64,000 nucleotides of DNA from Lachnospiraceae bacterium (GCA_017553505.1 JAFZLD010000027.1:33119-97118), one strand, 5' to 3'. Shown: positions 28,248-38,243, counted from the first letter of the stretch. Notes: generated by a model from the sequence alone, not told the origin. Made by a program: numbers and translations.

Positions 28248-30071
28248 ATGCAGGACAAGAACAAAAAGATATCTGTTAATCTAATTATGGTTGTGTTGGG
28301 GCTTTTGGCCGTTTGTGCGGTATTAAGCCCTGTTCTTTATCTGACGGTTCGTGACGGGCTCGGCAATGCTGTGTTCCCGTTTCACGATCAGCTTGATGAA
28401 ACTATATTGAATTATGTTTTTCCGGCCAGATATTTCGGGGCGTCTGTTTACGAACAGATGATGTGCGGAATTCCGCAGGAAGGACTTAAGCCCTTCTGCC
28501 CGATATTTGTGCCGCTTTATTCGATTTTCAGCGTATATACGGCTTTCCTTATTCAGCACTGCATTACCGTTGTGACGGCATATGTGGGAATGTACTTGTG
28601 CGTAAGGAAGCTGACCGACAACTATTTAATTTCTTTCGGAACGGCGTTTTTATTCGCACTGTTGCCTGTTCACAGCATATATGGCAACGTTGTGATGGGA
28701 ACACCGCTTTTGATTTACTGTATCCTAAGATTCAGGGAGAAGGCCTTGTCGGGTAAGATTATTGCCGGTATAGGGCTGGTATTCTATGCGCTCTCCACGA
28801 GCTTTGTGCTGTCGGGGTGGGTGGCGCTTTCGTTAGTGTTTCTTGTATTCATCATTATTTCTTTAAAAAATAAAAAAGCGGATTGGATGCTTTTGTGTTC
28901 TTTCGGCATATTGCTGGCAGTGTATGTGGCGTGTAACATAGATTTATTTATCGAAGTATTTTCCGGTGATACATGGGTAAGCCACAGGACAGAGTTTGGA
29001 TTCGGAGTGAGCGGTAAGCCGTTTCTTGAGACCTTCGTAGGACTCTTGACCAAAGGAAGCTATACTTACGAGGCTGAGTCCAAGCATGAATTTGCGCTTA
29101 TACCTATCGGTGTGGCGGCGCTGCTTCTTTTGATAAAAAAGCAGAGAGAGAAGTTCGGAAAGATTTTCGCCTGCGTGGCAGGGACTATTGCGGTGCTCGC
29201 TTTCTTCTCAGCACTCATGGATACGGAGTTTGTCGGTAAGCTTCAGGATAAGTTGCCGGGAATGTTGAGTTCGTTCCAACTTTCGAGATTCTATTATTTC
29301 TTGCCGGGATGCTGGTTTGTGTTGCTGGGTGTTTCGGGCGCGATAATTGTAGAGGCTTTTCCTGCGAAGAAGCTATGGGTATTGGTATCATACGCTTTGG
29401 TGGCAGTGCTTTTTTTGCCGACCTTAAACAGGATTGCAAGAGATAAAGACGGAATATTCTATCAGAATATCAATCAAATCAACAATGGGAAGGCGGTAAC
29501 GGGTTATATTACCATGAAGAGCCTGTATTCAGATGATTTGATGAAAATTATAGAGGAGGCGATTGGTAAAGATATGTCGTCGTACAGGGTTGTGCACATC
29601 GGTATAAGCCCGGTTGCGGCTTTGATGCACGGCTTTAATACGATTGACGGGTATTCGAATAACTATCCATTGGAGTATAAGCATACTTTCAGGAAAGTTA
29701 TTGCGGATGAGCTGGAGCTTAATGATTACAATAAGACATACTATGATTGTTGGGGCTCCCGCTGCTACGCGTTCTACCATGAGTGGGGCAACGCATTTAT
29801 GTTGGGAAAGTCGTTTGGGGAAACGATTGCCGATTTGCGGTTAAATTTTGACGAGTTAAGGAAGCTTAACTGTCAGTACATTTTTTCGGCAGGGGAAATA
29901 GTCGATTGCGGTAAGTACGGATTGCGTTTTATCGGAGATTATGAAACGGATTCGTCTTATTGGCATATATTTGTGTATGAGGTGGAGAATAATGAGGAAG
30001 ACAGCGTTTCGGATAGGGATATCGGAAATCACTATTGTGCTGCTTATGATTATCTGGGGGATAAACGGTAA
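28248..30071 (+). CDS. large polytopic membrane protein with C-terminal soluble domain (DUF6044/YfhO-like; function unknown)
   Basis: 607 aa with about 12 hydrophobic segments followed by a ~200-aa hydrophilic tail; family assignment is tentative. Confidence 0.65.
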   Translation: MQDKNKKISVNLIMVVLGLLAVCAVLSPVLYLTVRDGLGNAVFPFHDQLDETILNYVFPARYFGASVYEQMMCGIPQEGLKPFCPIFVPLYSIFSVYTAFLIQHCITVVTAYVGMYLCVRKLTDNYLISFGTAFLFALLPVHSIYGNVVMGTPLLIYCILRFREKALSGKIIAGIGLVFYALSTSFVLSGWVALSLVFLVFIIISLKNKKADWMLLCSFGILLAVYVACNIDLFIEVFSGDTWVSHRTEFGFGVSGKPFLETFVGLLTKGSYTYEAESKHEFALIPIGVAALLLLIKKQREKFGKIFACVAGTIAVLAFFSALMDTEFVGKLQDKLPGMLSSFQLSRFYYFLPGCWFVLLGVSGAIIVEAFPAKKLWVLVSYALVAVLFLPTLNRIARDKDGIFYQNINQINNGKAVTGYITMKSLYSDDLMKIIEEAIGKDMSSYRVVHIGISPVAALMHGFNTIDGYSNNYPLEYKHTFRKVIADELELNDYNKTYYDCWGSRCYAFYHEWGNAFMLGKSFGETIADLRLNFDELRKLNCQYIFSAGEIVDCGKYGLRFIGDYETDSSYWHIFVYEVENNEEDSVSDRDIGNHYCAAYDYLGDKR

Positions 30072-31374
30072 TCTCTCGGTAAGCAGAACTGTGGCCGCGA
30101 TTGCGGTGATGGCTATTGTAGCAGGCCTTATTCTTTTTTTTGATAAGGCAGGGGAGAAAACGGTATGTGCCATTACGGATACCCGGATTGGCAGGTTTAC
30201 CATACTGGATTTAATATTTATTCTTGCAATAATCGCACTGTCGGTAATTGCCAGAATCAAGCTGATCTACATAGAAACGATAGACTATATTGTCTTCTAT
30301 GGACGTTGGGTGGAGCAAATACGGTCCATCGGCTGGCATGCTTTGGGATGTAACATCGGAGACTATTCTCCGCTGTATACGAGCATTATGGTGGTTCTTT
30401 CCGTGGCTACCGCTTTGCCTAAGATGTTGATTGTCAAATTGATACCTATGATATTTGACTATGTCATGGGTAATGTATGCGTGGCAATCTACAAGCATTG
30501 CAATCCGCAAGCCGACATGTGGAAGAAGATACTTGTATTTGCGCTGGTGGTGTTAAACCCGCTTGTTATGCTGAATTCTGCGGCATGGGGCCAGTGTGAC
30601 GGTATTTATACGACATTCTTATTGCTTACGCTGCTTGCACTTATGAAGACTTTCAAAGATGAGAAGTATTCATCGACGGTCGCTTTTGTTTTCTTTGCTA
30701 TTGCATTTGCATTTAAGCTTCAGGCAATTTTCTTTTTACCTGTGATGATTTTGTGCGTATTTGCCGGCAAAAGAAAGACATTTTCTTTTTCACAGTTTGT
30801 ATATATTCCGGTAGTTTATTTGCTTACGAGCATTCCCATGCTGGCTGCGGGGCGCTCGCTTAAGGATACGGTTATGGTGTATTTTGCACAGACCGGAGAG
30901 TATACACACAAGTTAAGCATGCGCTACGGCAACTTTTACAGCATTATCGGAAACGGCGAGAACAATCTCACGGAGGAATTTTTCTTTATGGGAGTGGCCA
31001 TCACGGTGGCTTTTTTGGGAGTATTGTATTATGCCGTTCTGAGGCAAAAGGCTGAAATTGCCGGTAAGCGTTTAATATTGGTTGCAGCTCTGACGATTTT
31101 CATTGTGGCCTTCTTTATGCCTTCCATGCATGAAAGATATGCATTTGCGGGCGAAATGATGCTGATAATGTATGCCATGTCGGACCGTAAATTTGTCGTG
31201 CCGGCGGCTGCGGCGTTGATATGCACGTTGTTAAGCTATGCGGAATATCTGAGCAACGGATATTTCATTATATCTCAGGCAGGCTTTGTTGTTACGGCTG
31301 TGGTACGTCTGGCTGTTATTGCGGCACTTATGTACAGGTGCTTTAATAAAGAAGCCGCGGATACGGCAAAATAG
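29992..31374 (+). CDS. GT-C-fold membrane glycosyltransferase-like protein (Gpi18/PIG-V-like)
   Basis: Polytopic; GDYSPLYTSIM motif after the first helices resembles the DYPPLY motif of COG5542-type mannosyltransferases. The start is uncertain (29941, 29992 or 30046); 29992 has GGTGGAG upstream and overlaps the previous gene by 80 nt. Confidence 0.55.
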   Translation: MRKTAFRIGISEITIVLLMIIWGINGNLSVSRTVAAIAVMAIVAGLILFFDKAGEKTVCAITDTRIGRFTILDLIFILAIIALSVIARIKLIYIETIDYIVFYGRWVEQIRSIGWHALGCNIGDYSPLYTSIMVVLSVATALPKMLIVKLIPMIFDYVMGNVCVAIYKHCNPQADMWKKILVFALVVLNPLVMLNSAAWGQCDGIYTTFLLLTLLALMKTFKDEKYSSTVAFVFFAIAFAFKLQAIFFLPVMILCVFAGKRKTFSFSQFVYIPVVYLLTSIPMLAAGRSLKDTVMVYFAQTGEYTHKLSMRYGNFYSIIGNGENNLTEEFFFMGVAITVAFLGVLYYAVLRQKAEIAGKRLILVAALTIFIVAFFMPSMHERYAFAGEMMLIMYAMSDRKFVVPAAAALICTLLSYAEYLSNGYFIISQAGFVVTAVVRLAVIAALMYRCFNKEAADTAK

Positions 31375-31397
31375 TATTCGTAATATATTGAAGCATT

Positions 31398-31431
31398 CCC
31401 CCCGAGAACGTATTGTTCTTGGGGGTTTTTC
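31398..31431 (+). terminator. intrinsic terminator
   Basis: CCCCCCGAGAAC-GTATT-GTTCTTGGGGG followed by TTTTT. Confidence 0.8.
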
Positions 31432-31540
31432 GTTATTTTGTGTGTTTGGGGAATATTTGTGTACATAGAATTACCTGCGTATGCTATAATCGTCGCATAA
31501 AGTTACATCAATTTGGGGAAATTGATTTTATGGAGGTAAT

Positions 31541-32146
31541 ATGAGGTACAAAAAGAGGATTGGTACGAGTACGTGGGTGGCAGCAGGCGTACTTGCGCTG
31601 GCTATTGTCGGTCTGGCTGTTTTTATGATGCTTAGGGCCGGGAAGCCTGCGCAGAACAGAAGTGTTGAGGTTATCGGCAGTGAGACGGGCGTTCTTTTGC
31701 AGGAAGAGAAGCTGACGAGAGAATGTACTTACGGCTGTATAACATTTAAGGTGGGAGACGATTGGGAGAAAGTCGAAGACGAAGAAGCTACGTTCATCTA
31801 TTCGGACGGAGTTACGCGCTATGCACTGCTGGCGCTGTGGGACCCCACAATGGGTGATGATTTGGACGGATATTTCACTGATTTGATAGCGTCCCTCATG
31901 GATCAGGGCTATAAAATCGACCCGAAGGGATTGAAGCCGCTTAAGCCTTATACGACGGCGGACGGGAGAGATGCGTATGTCGGACGAATTCTTATGAGTA
32001 TGGACGACATGGCTTATGCGGAGTCGGATATATTGATTTTTTCGGATATAAAATATGTGGTGACGATTACCGGAGTGCAGAAAACCGGCAGCAAATTGCC
32101 ACTTGATGTTCGCAAGATTACGGACACAGTAAGAATAATCTATTAG
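31541..32146 (+). CDS. hypothetical membrane-anchored protein
   Basis: 201 aa; N-terminal anchor WVAAGVLALAIVGLAVFMML; no family recognised. Confidence 0.6.
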   Translation: MRYKKRIGTSTWVAAGVLALAIVGLAVFMMLRAGKPAQNRSVEVIGSETGVLLQEEKLTRECTYGCITFKVGDDWEKVEDEEATFIYSDGVTRYALLALWDPTMGDDLDGYFTDLIASLMDQGYKIDPKGLKPLKPYTTADGRDAYVGRILMSMDDMAYAESDILIFSDIKYVVTITGVQKTGSKLPLDVRKITDTVRIIY

Positions 32147-32155
32147 GAGTTATAC

Positions 32156-33157
32156 GTGAGCAAGAAGATACTGATTATCAATACCGGCGGTACGTTATCG
32201 GCCGTTAAAAAGGGCGAGGGACTTAAGCCGGGGCTTTCTGTGCGCGATATGCAGGAAGAGTTGCAAATGGTGTCGGGTGACATCGAGATAGAGATAGAGG
32301 ATTTTTGTTCGCTGGACAGCGCGAACATTTTCCCCGAGGACTGGAGTGTGATGGCTCAGCATATAAGTGAGCTTAGGAATAATTACGACGGTATTGTGGT
32401 GATTCACGGTACTGATACGTTAGCTTATACGTCGTCCATGCTTTCTTACATGCTTAGGAATATAAATATTCCTGTGGTTATTACGGGCTCGCAGCTGTCT
32501 ATTATCAACCCTGTGGCTGATGCTATGGAAAACTGCCGCTGCGCGATTCATATGGCGGCAAGCGGGATTCCCGGAGTGTTTGTGGCGTTCAACAGAAAGG
32601 TAATGCTTGGTTGCAGAGCGTCTAAGGTCAGGTCGCTTAGCTTCGATGCTTTTGAGAGCATCAACTATCCGAATATCGCCACCATCAGCTCGCTCGGCAT
32701 GAAGATTGATACGCGGGCGGTTCCTGAAAGGAGCGGTATTTTCAAGCTTTCCGACAAGTATTCGGAGAAGGTTACCATGATTAAGATGTTCCCGGGTATT
32801 CACCGCGACATCCTCGAGTCTATCGCCGCAAGCGGATACAGAGGCCTTTACATCGAGGCATACGGAATCGGCGGCATGCCTTTTATCAAGCATGATTTTA
32901 TCGAAGCCCTCGACAAGCTTATTCAGGGCGGCATGACGGTCGCTGTCGGCACTCAGTGCAGATACGAAGGCACGAAGATGGACGTCTATGAAACCGGGCG
33001 TCGTGCTCTCGAAATCGGTGCATTGGAAGCTCACGACATGACCAGCGAAGCCGCGCTTACGAAGCTTATGTGGATTCTCGGTATGACCACGGATCCGTCG
33101 GAGATTCGCGATTACTATTCCATGAATATTGCGGGGGAGATGATTCCCAGAAGATAG
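32156..33157 (+). CDS. ansA: L-asparaginase, type I
   Basis: GTG start; ILIINTGGTLS (catalytic Thr motif) and HGTDTLAYTSS. Confidence 0.85.
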   Translation: MSKKILIINTGGTLSAVKKGEGLKPGLSVRDMQEELQMVSGDIEIEIEDFCSLDSANIFPEDWSVMAQHISELRNNYDGIVVIHGTDTLAYTSSMLSYMLRNINIPVVITGSQLSIINPVADAMENCRCAIHMAASGIPGVFVAFNRKVMLGCRASKVRSLSFDAFESINYPNIATISSLGMKIDTRAVPERSGIFKLSDKYSEKVTMIKMFPGIHRDILESIAASGYRGLYIEAYGIGGMPFIKHDFIEALDKLIQGGMTVAVGTQCRYEGTKMDVYETGRRALEIGALEAHDMTSEAALTKLMWILGMTTDPSEIRDYYSMNIAGEMIPRR

Positions 33158-33301
33158 TCTCTCAACCAACGGTTGGGCGATACTGTAAATATAAGTTATT
33201 GTTTATGCCGGCGCAGTTTGTTATTTTGTAATCAAGAGATGCGCACCTCTGTATAAGCCACGCGGGTGGGGCCCGCGAGCATGACAAATGGAGGATTAAG
33301 A

Positions 33302-34093
33302 ATGACAATTGGGAACAAGATTAAAATCTTACGCACTAACAAGGGTATCACGCAGGAACAGCTCGCGGAGCAGCTTCACATTTCCGGCCAGGCGGTCAGC
33401 AAGTGGGAGAACGAAACCAGCCAGCCGGACATCAACATGCTTCCGACTCTTGCGGAGTATTTCGGCATTACAATCGACGAACTCTTAGACTACAAGCTAA
33501 ACGCCTTCACGGACAAAGAAAAATTCATCAGGTTCATGGCCGGCAACGGCATCCTTACACTTGGCAATTTTAAGCTTCGCTCCGGCAAAGAAGCCTCGTA
33601 CTTCATCGATACCGAGCGCTTCACCACCAACGCTCAGATAGCCAAGATCGGTGAGTACTTCGCCGACTGTATCAGAGAGAACGACATACAGTTTGATGCG
33701 ATAGTGGGTATGGCTTACCACGGGATTGCTTTTTCCGCAGCCACCGCTTGCGCGCTCTTTCAGAAATACGGCGTAACCGTGAACTACGCTCACGACAGAC
33801 GCCTTCCCGACAACAAAGGCCGCAACATCTGCGGCTACACCCCCAAGGACGGCGACAGAATAGTGATTATCGACGACCTTATCTCCTCGGGCGTAAGCAT
33901 CGACGAGCGCATCGCGGACATTAAGAAAACTGCCGACGTTAAAATCGTCGCCATCGTCACTGTGGCTAACCTTTATGAGGCGGAGACCGCCAGTCTCGGT
34001 GCCGGGGTGCTCGAAGAAAAGTACGACACGAAAGTTTACTCAATCATCTCCCACGATGATATCAAGAGGGCTATTGATAAGCGCCTCATATAA
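33302..34093 (+). CDS. XRE-family HTH fused to an orotate-phosphoribosyltransferase-like (type I PRTase) domain
   Basis: Start at MTIGNKIKILR (ATG 33302, GGAGGA upstream). HTH LRTNKGITQEQLAEQLHISGQAVSKWENETSQPDINML; PRTase part FKLRSGKEASYFID and PRPP loop RIVIIDDLISSGVS. Confidence 0.8.
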   Translation: MTIGNKIKILRTNKGITQEQLAEQLHISGQAVSKWENETSQPDINMLPTLAEYFGITIDELLDYKLNAFTDKEKFIRFMAGNGILTLGNFKLRSGKEASYFIDTERFTTNAQIAKIGEYFADCIRENDIQFDAIVGMAYHGIAFSAATACALFQKYGVTVNYAHDRRLPDNKGRNICGYTPKDGDRIVIIDDLISSGVSIDERIADIKKTADVKIVAIVTVANLYEAETASLGAGVLEEKYDTKVYSIISHDDIKRAIDKRLI

Positions 34094-34109
34094 AGTTATG
34101 ATGTTTATA

Positions 34110-34138
34110 GGCTCTGCTCGTTTGGGCAGAGCCTTTTT
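34110..34138 (+). terminator. intrinsic terminator
   Basis: GGCTCTGC-TCGTTTGG-GCAGAGCC followed by TTTTT. Confidence 0.8.
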
Positions 34139-34185
34139 GGTAAGATGGTACATTTATGAGAGTGAGTATATAGGAGGGTAGAGGT

Positions 34186-34920
34186 ATGTATATGAATAAG
34201 CCGAAGATGATTCTTTTTGATTACGGGCAGACGCTGGTGGCGGAGAGAAACTTTAAGGGAGTTGACGGCACTAGGGCGGTTATGGCGCACGCGGTGGAGA
34301 ATCGGTACAATCTGACGCCGGAAGAGGTGCAGGCGAAAGCAGATGAGATTAACAAGGAGCTTGGCAGGTTCGATCCGAAGACGAGATGGAAGACGACGGT
34401 GGAGATTCCGAATCATACGTTTACGGGGTATCTGTATGAGTCGCTGGGAATTAAGTTAGATCTGACGTCACAGGAAATCGATAGGATATTCTGGGATGCT
34501 GCATCGCCGGGAGAGCCTACGAAGGGAATGCCGGAGCTTTTGGAGTTTTTGTGGGAGCAGGGCATCAGGACGGCGGTGCTTAGCAATATTACGTATGCGG
34601 GAAGCGTTGTGGAGGAGAGAATTAACAGGCTTTTCCAGGGAAATCATTTCGAGTTTATCATTGCTACGAGCGAGTTTCTTTTTAGAAAGCCCAATCCCGG
34701 GATTTTCGCGCTGGCGCTTGAGAAGGCGCAGCTTAAGCCGGAGGATGTGTGGTACATAGGCGATAATGTGATCTGCGATATCTGGGGAGCCAGGAATGCG
34801 GGACTTTATCCTATCTGGTACAGGGGCGCCAATGACTTCGAGCAGCCCGAGTGCGACGACGTGATTAAGATTTATGACTGGGAGCGGTTAAAAGAAATTA
34901 TCAGAGACACTGAAGATTAA
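34186..34920 (+). CDS. HAD-superfamily hydrolase (subfamily IA-like)
   Basis: Motif I ILFDYGQTL (the second Asp is replaced by Gly), motif II VLSNITY, motif IV YIGDNVICDIWGA. Confidence 0.8.
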   Translation: MYMNKPKMILFDYGQTLVAERNFKGVDGTRAVMAHAVENRYNLTPEEVQAKADEINKELGRFDPKTRWKTTVEIPNHTFTGYLYESLGIKLDLTSQEIDRIFWDAASPGEPTKGMPELLEFLWEQGIRTAVLSNITYAGSVVEERINRLFQGNHFEFIIATSEFLFRKPNPGIFALALEKAQLKPEDVWYIGDNVICDIWGARNAGLYPIWYRGANDFEQPECDDVIKIYDWERLKEIIRDTED

Positions 34921-35028
34921 ACTATAAAGATAGTTGACAGTGATTTAATCGACACATATACTCATATAAAAACAAAGACCTTATCAAGCGCGTATTGATA
35001 AGGTCTTGTGGGTTAGAGAGGGAAATTT

Positions 35029-35817
35029 ATGAGTACAAGACAGGAAATCGTAGGAGGCTTTTACGCACGGGTAAGTGAAGATAAGAGACTTACGGGGCGA
35101 AGAGCGGGACAGCTTGAGTATCGTACGACGATGGAGTACATTCATCGATACGCGGGCCGGGATTCCAAAGTGCTGGAAATCGGCGCGGGTACAGGTCGAT
35201 ATTCGATTGCGCTGGCTCGGGAAGGCATGGACGTAACGGCGGTTGAACTTTTCGACTGCAACTTATCGGTGCTCAAAGAAAACGGCAAGGGAATAGAGAA
35301 CTTGCACGCATTTCAGGGCGACGGCACGAATCTGGAGATGCTTAAGGATGCTTCTTTTGATGTGACCTTGTGCTTCGGCCCTATGTATCACCTTTATGAG
35401 GCAGCAGACGTGCATAAGGCCATCGACGAGGCGATTCGTGTGACTAAGCCGGGCGGAGTGATACTCTTTGCATTCTTGTCGGTGTACGGAATAATGTTTG
35501 CAAACTATCTATACGGCAACTGGAATGATGGTATTACTGAGAACTTCACGGAAGATTACAAGGTTAAGCACTTCAAGGAACAGCTCTTCACGGGTTACGA
35601 TATCGTTGAGTTCGAGGAACTTTTCTGCGAGAAGGCTGTAGAGAAGATTACGGTTACCGGCGTGGACGGACCGTTAGAGGCACTTGAAGAGCACGGCGAG
35701 CTTGCCATGTCGGATGAGGATTTTGATTCTTTTGCCAAGTGGTATCTGTCGGTGTGCGAAAAGAGAGAGTTGCTTGGTGATACGAACCATCTGCTGTATA
35801 TTTGCAGGAAAAAATAG
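35029..35817 (+). CDS. class I SAM-dependent methyltransferase
   Basis: VLEIGAGTGRYSIALA SAM motif I. Confidence 0.85.
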   Translation: MSTRQEIVGGFYARVSEDKRLTGRRAGQLEYRTTMEYIHRYAGRDSKVLEIGAGTGRYSIALAREGMDVTAVELFDCNLSVLKENGKGIENLHAFQGDGTNLEMLKDASFDVTLCFGPMYHLYEAADVHKAIDEAIRVTKPGGVILFAFLSVYGIMFANYLYGNWNDGITENFTEDYKVKHFKEQLFTGYDIVEFEELFCEKAVEKITVTGVDGPLEALEEHGELAMSDEDFDSFAKWYLSVCEKRELLGDTNHLLYICRKK

Positions 35818-35829
35818 ATTGGGAGGGTT

Positions 35830-36621
35830 ATGATTATGGGAGATATCGAAACGTATGTTAAGGAGATTAAGCCGGGGATTTATCTACTTGATGAAGGACA
35901 TTCGGCTACCGGATATTTGGTAGTTGGGGATAAAAAAGCAGCTGTTATTGATACGATGTGCGGGGAGAATAATCTCTATGATATCGTGAGAGGGCTTACG
36001 GACAAGCCTTTGGTGGTAATCAATACGCATGGGCACGGGGACCATATTTGCGGCAATGTGTTCTTTGACGAGGCGTATATGAACCTTAAAGATATACCGG
36101 TTTCAGAACTGTTTACGAAGTCGCCGGAGTTTATAGAGGGAACGAAGGCTGACGGTGTGTCGATGCCTCCGTTTAAGGATATTCATGGCGGAGATGTGGT
36201 GGAGCTGGGAGGCAGAACGCTTGAGATATATGATCTTCCGGGGCATACGCCGGGAGGAATATTGTTGCTTCTTAAGGAGGACCGCGTTCTTTTTGCGGGA
36301 GATTCGATTAATCATCATCTGTGGATGCAGTTGGATGGGTGTCTGCCGATTTCAGAGTATGTGAAGGAGCTCGATAAGGTGATGTTCCTTGAGGAGAGGG
36401 CTGACATTATCCTGCATGGGCATGCGCAGGATTATGATGATATTTCTTTGATGCGTTGCCTGAGAGAAGGTTGCGCGGAGATAGCGGCCGGCGAGACGGC
36501 GGATGATAAGCCTTATGAGTGGTTCGGCGGAGTCGGCAAGATGCATCTTTTTAAGAAGGTGCCAGGTAAGCATTATCAGCATGAATTCAGCGTGATTTGT
36601 TATAATCCTGAGAATGTGTGA
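35830..36621 (+). CDS. MBL-fold metallo-hydrolase
   Basis: VINTHGHGDHICGN (HxHxDH motif). Confidence 0.85.
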   Translation: MIMGDIETYVKEIKPGIYLLDEGHSATGYLVVGDKKAAVIDTMCGENNLYDIVRGLTDKPLVVINTHGHGDHICGNVFFDEAYMNLKDIPVSELFTKSPEFIEGTKADGVSMPPFKDIHGGDVVELGGRTLEIYDLPGHTPGGILLLLKEDRVLFAGDSINHHLWMQLDGCLPISEYVKELDKVMFLEERADIILHGHAQDYDDISLMRCLREGCAEIAAGETADDKPYEWFGGVGKMHLFKKVPGKHYQHEFSVICYNPENV

Positions 36622-36629
36622 CGGAGGGT

Positions 36630-37379
36630 ATGATGTACAGGGCGGTTATTGTGGATCTTGACAGGACGTTGCTTCGGACGGATAAGACGATTTCAGAGTA
36701 CTCGGTGCAGGTGCTACGCGGGCTTCGGGAGCGCGGAGTGTTGCTGTTCGTGGCGACGGCGAGGCCTGAGAGGGCGATTACGGACTATCTTAAATTGGTT
36801 GATTTTCAGGCGTGGACGACGCTTAACGGGGCGAGGACGATTACGCCTTCGGAGGTGTTTGAGGACGCTATTGAAGGTGCAAGCGCGGCGTGCATTCTTG
36901 AGCAGCTGGCGCGGGTTGACGGCGCGGTGATATCGCTCGAGACAGATGACGGAATTTATTCAAATGTGGATATTCCGTTGTGGGAGCCGAAGGTTGAGAA
37001 GGATTTAGGCGCGGTTTCTTTGGCGCATCGGGTGTACAAGATTATTGTGAGCCATCCCACGATTCCGCTTGATAAGCTGCCGGTGGAGATGCCTTCGGAT
37101 GTGTATTGCTCCGTGGCGGACGGCAAGCTTATGCAGGTTATGAGTGCCGAGGCGACTAAGTGGAACGGTATCAATGAAATGCTCGGGGCATTCGGAATAT
37201 CGCCTTCCGAGGCTGTTTATTTCGGGGACGATAATGATGATGTCGAGCCGATTCGTCGGTGCGGGCGCGGAGTTGCGGTAAGCAACGCACTTGACTGCGT
37301 TAAGGCTGTTGCGGATGCGGTCGCAGGCTCCAACGATGAGGACGGAGTAGCGCGGTATCTGGAAGAAATATGGGGTTAG
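36630..37379 (+). CDS. Cof-type HAD-IIB phosphatase
   Basis: VIVDLDRTLL motif I, YFGDDNDDVEP motif IV; start set at ATG 36630 after GGAGGG (ORF-track GTG 36618 is also possible). Confidence 0.85.
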   Translation: MMYRAVIVDLDRTLLRTDKTISEYSVQVLRGLRERGVLLFVATARPERAITDYLKLVDFQAWTTLNGARTITPSEVFEDAIEGASAACILEQLARVDGAVISLETDDGIYSNVDIPLWEPKVEKDLGAVSLAHRVYKIIVSHPTIPLDKLPVEMPSDVYCSVADGKLMQVMSAEATKWNGINEMLGAFGISPSEAVYFGDDNDDVEPIRRCGRGVAVSNALDCVKAVADAVAGSNDEDGVARYLEEIWG

Positions 37380-37404
37380 GTACAATTTTATAGGTGTTTA
37401 TGTG

Positions 37405-37442
37405 GCCTTGGCGTCTCTTTGGTAGGCGCCGGGGCTTTTTTG
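37405..37442 (+). terminator. intrinsic terminator
   Basis: GCCTTGGCG-N13-CGCCGGGGC (two G-U pairs) followed by TTTTTT. Confidence 0.65.
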
Positions 37443-37517
37443 TTGGGCATGTGCATGCGAGTTTGGTGTTTCGGCATGGAGAAGCAGGTGTTTTAGTGGC
37501 GGAAAAAGAAAAAGTAC

Positions 37518-37566
37518 TTGACGGCTAATTGCAATTAGCCTATAATGTGGCTAATCTGAATTAGCC
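37518..37566 (+). promoter_or_regulatory. sigma-A promoter (TTGACG-17-TATAAT) with two palindromic operators for the TetR gene
   Basis: O1 GGCTAATTGCAATTAGCC (37523-37540, perfect 18-bp palindrome) fills the -35/-10 spacer. O2 GGCTAATCTGAATTAGCC (37549-37566) starts 3 nt after the -10. Confidence 0.7.
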
Positions 37567-37622
37567 AACTGCGTCGGCGACGTGACATATCGCGCGACGC
37601 ATAGCCAAAGAAAGGAACTGCC

Positions 37623-38243
37623 ATGGACACCAAGCACAGAATTCTTGATGAAGCTTTGACTCTGTTCTCTGAGAAGGGTTACGCCAACGTTTTTGTAGGA
37701 GATATCGCAGAGAGAGTGGGGATTAAAGCCCCGTCGCTGTATAAGCATTACAAGAGCAAGCAGGCGATATTTGAAGCCATTATCGAGGAGATGAACGAGC
37801 GGTTTGTTAAGGAAGCCGGGGCGCTTAATATTTCCGGTACAGACCCAACGACGGATGCGGGGATATACAAGGGGATTAGCGAAGAGCAGATGATTGAGCT
37901 TGGGAAGAATCTTTTTTTGTACTATCTGCATGATGATTATACTAAGCGGTTTCGTAAGATGCTTACGATTGAGCAATTCCATGACAAGGAGCTGGCGGCG
38001 GTTTATATGAAGAATTATTACGACGATCCGCTGTCATATCAGGGGATGCTGTTCGGACTGATGGTGGCAAGCGGAGTGCTGAGTACGGACAATGTGCAGG
38101 TGATGACGCTTCATTTTTATGCGCCGATATATCTGCTCCTCACGGTGTGTGACAGGGATCCGTCGAGGGAAGAGGAGTGTTTGAAGCTGTTGGATGCGCA
38201 TTTAAGGCAGTTTGACAAGATTTATGGAAGGAGTATCGGATGA
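37623..38243 (+). CDS. TetR/AcrR-family transcriptional regulator
   Basis: ILDEALTLFSEKGYANVFVGDIAERVGIKAPSLYKHYKSKQAIF HTH. Confidence 0.88.
   Translation: MDTKHRILDEALTLFSEKGYANVFVGDIAERVGIKAPSLYKHYKSKQAIFEAIIEEMNERFVKEAGALNISGTDPTTDAGIYKGISEEQMIELGKNLFLYYLHDDYTKRFRKMLTIEQFHDKELAAVYMKNYYDDPLSYQGMLFGLMVASGVLSTDNVQVMTLHFYAPIYLLLTVCDRDPSREEECLKLLDAHLRQFDKIYGRSIG

Noticed and set aside
32420-33169. 249-aa ORF on the minus strand
   Set aside because: It is antisense to the asparaginase gene; shadow ORF.
34934-35007. TTGACA-17-TATACT promoter followed by a 13-bp hairpin (AAGACCTTATCAA...TTGATAAGGTCTT) before the methyltransferase gene
   Set aside because: The hairpin lacks a U-tract, so it may be a stabilising 5' stem-loop or a weak terminator of the HAD gene. 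There is no further evidence for a regulatory role.
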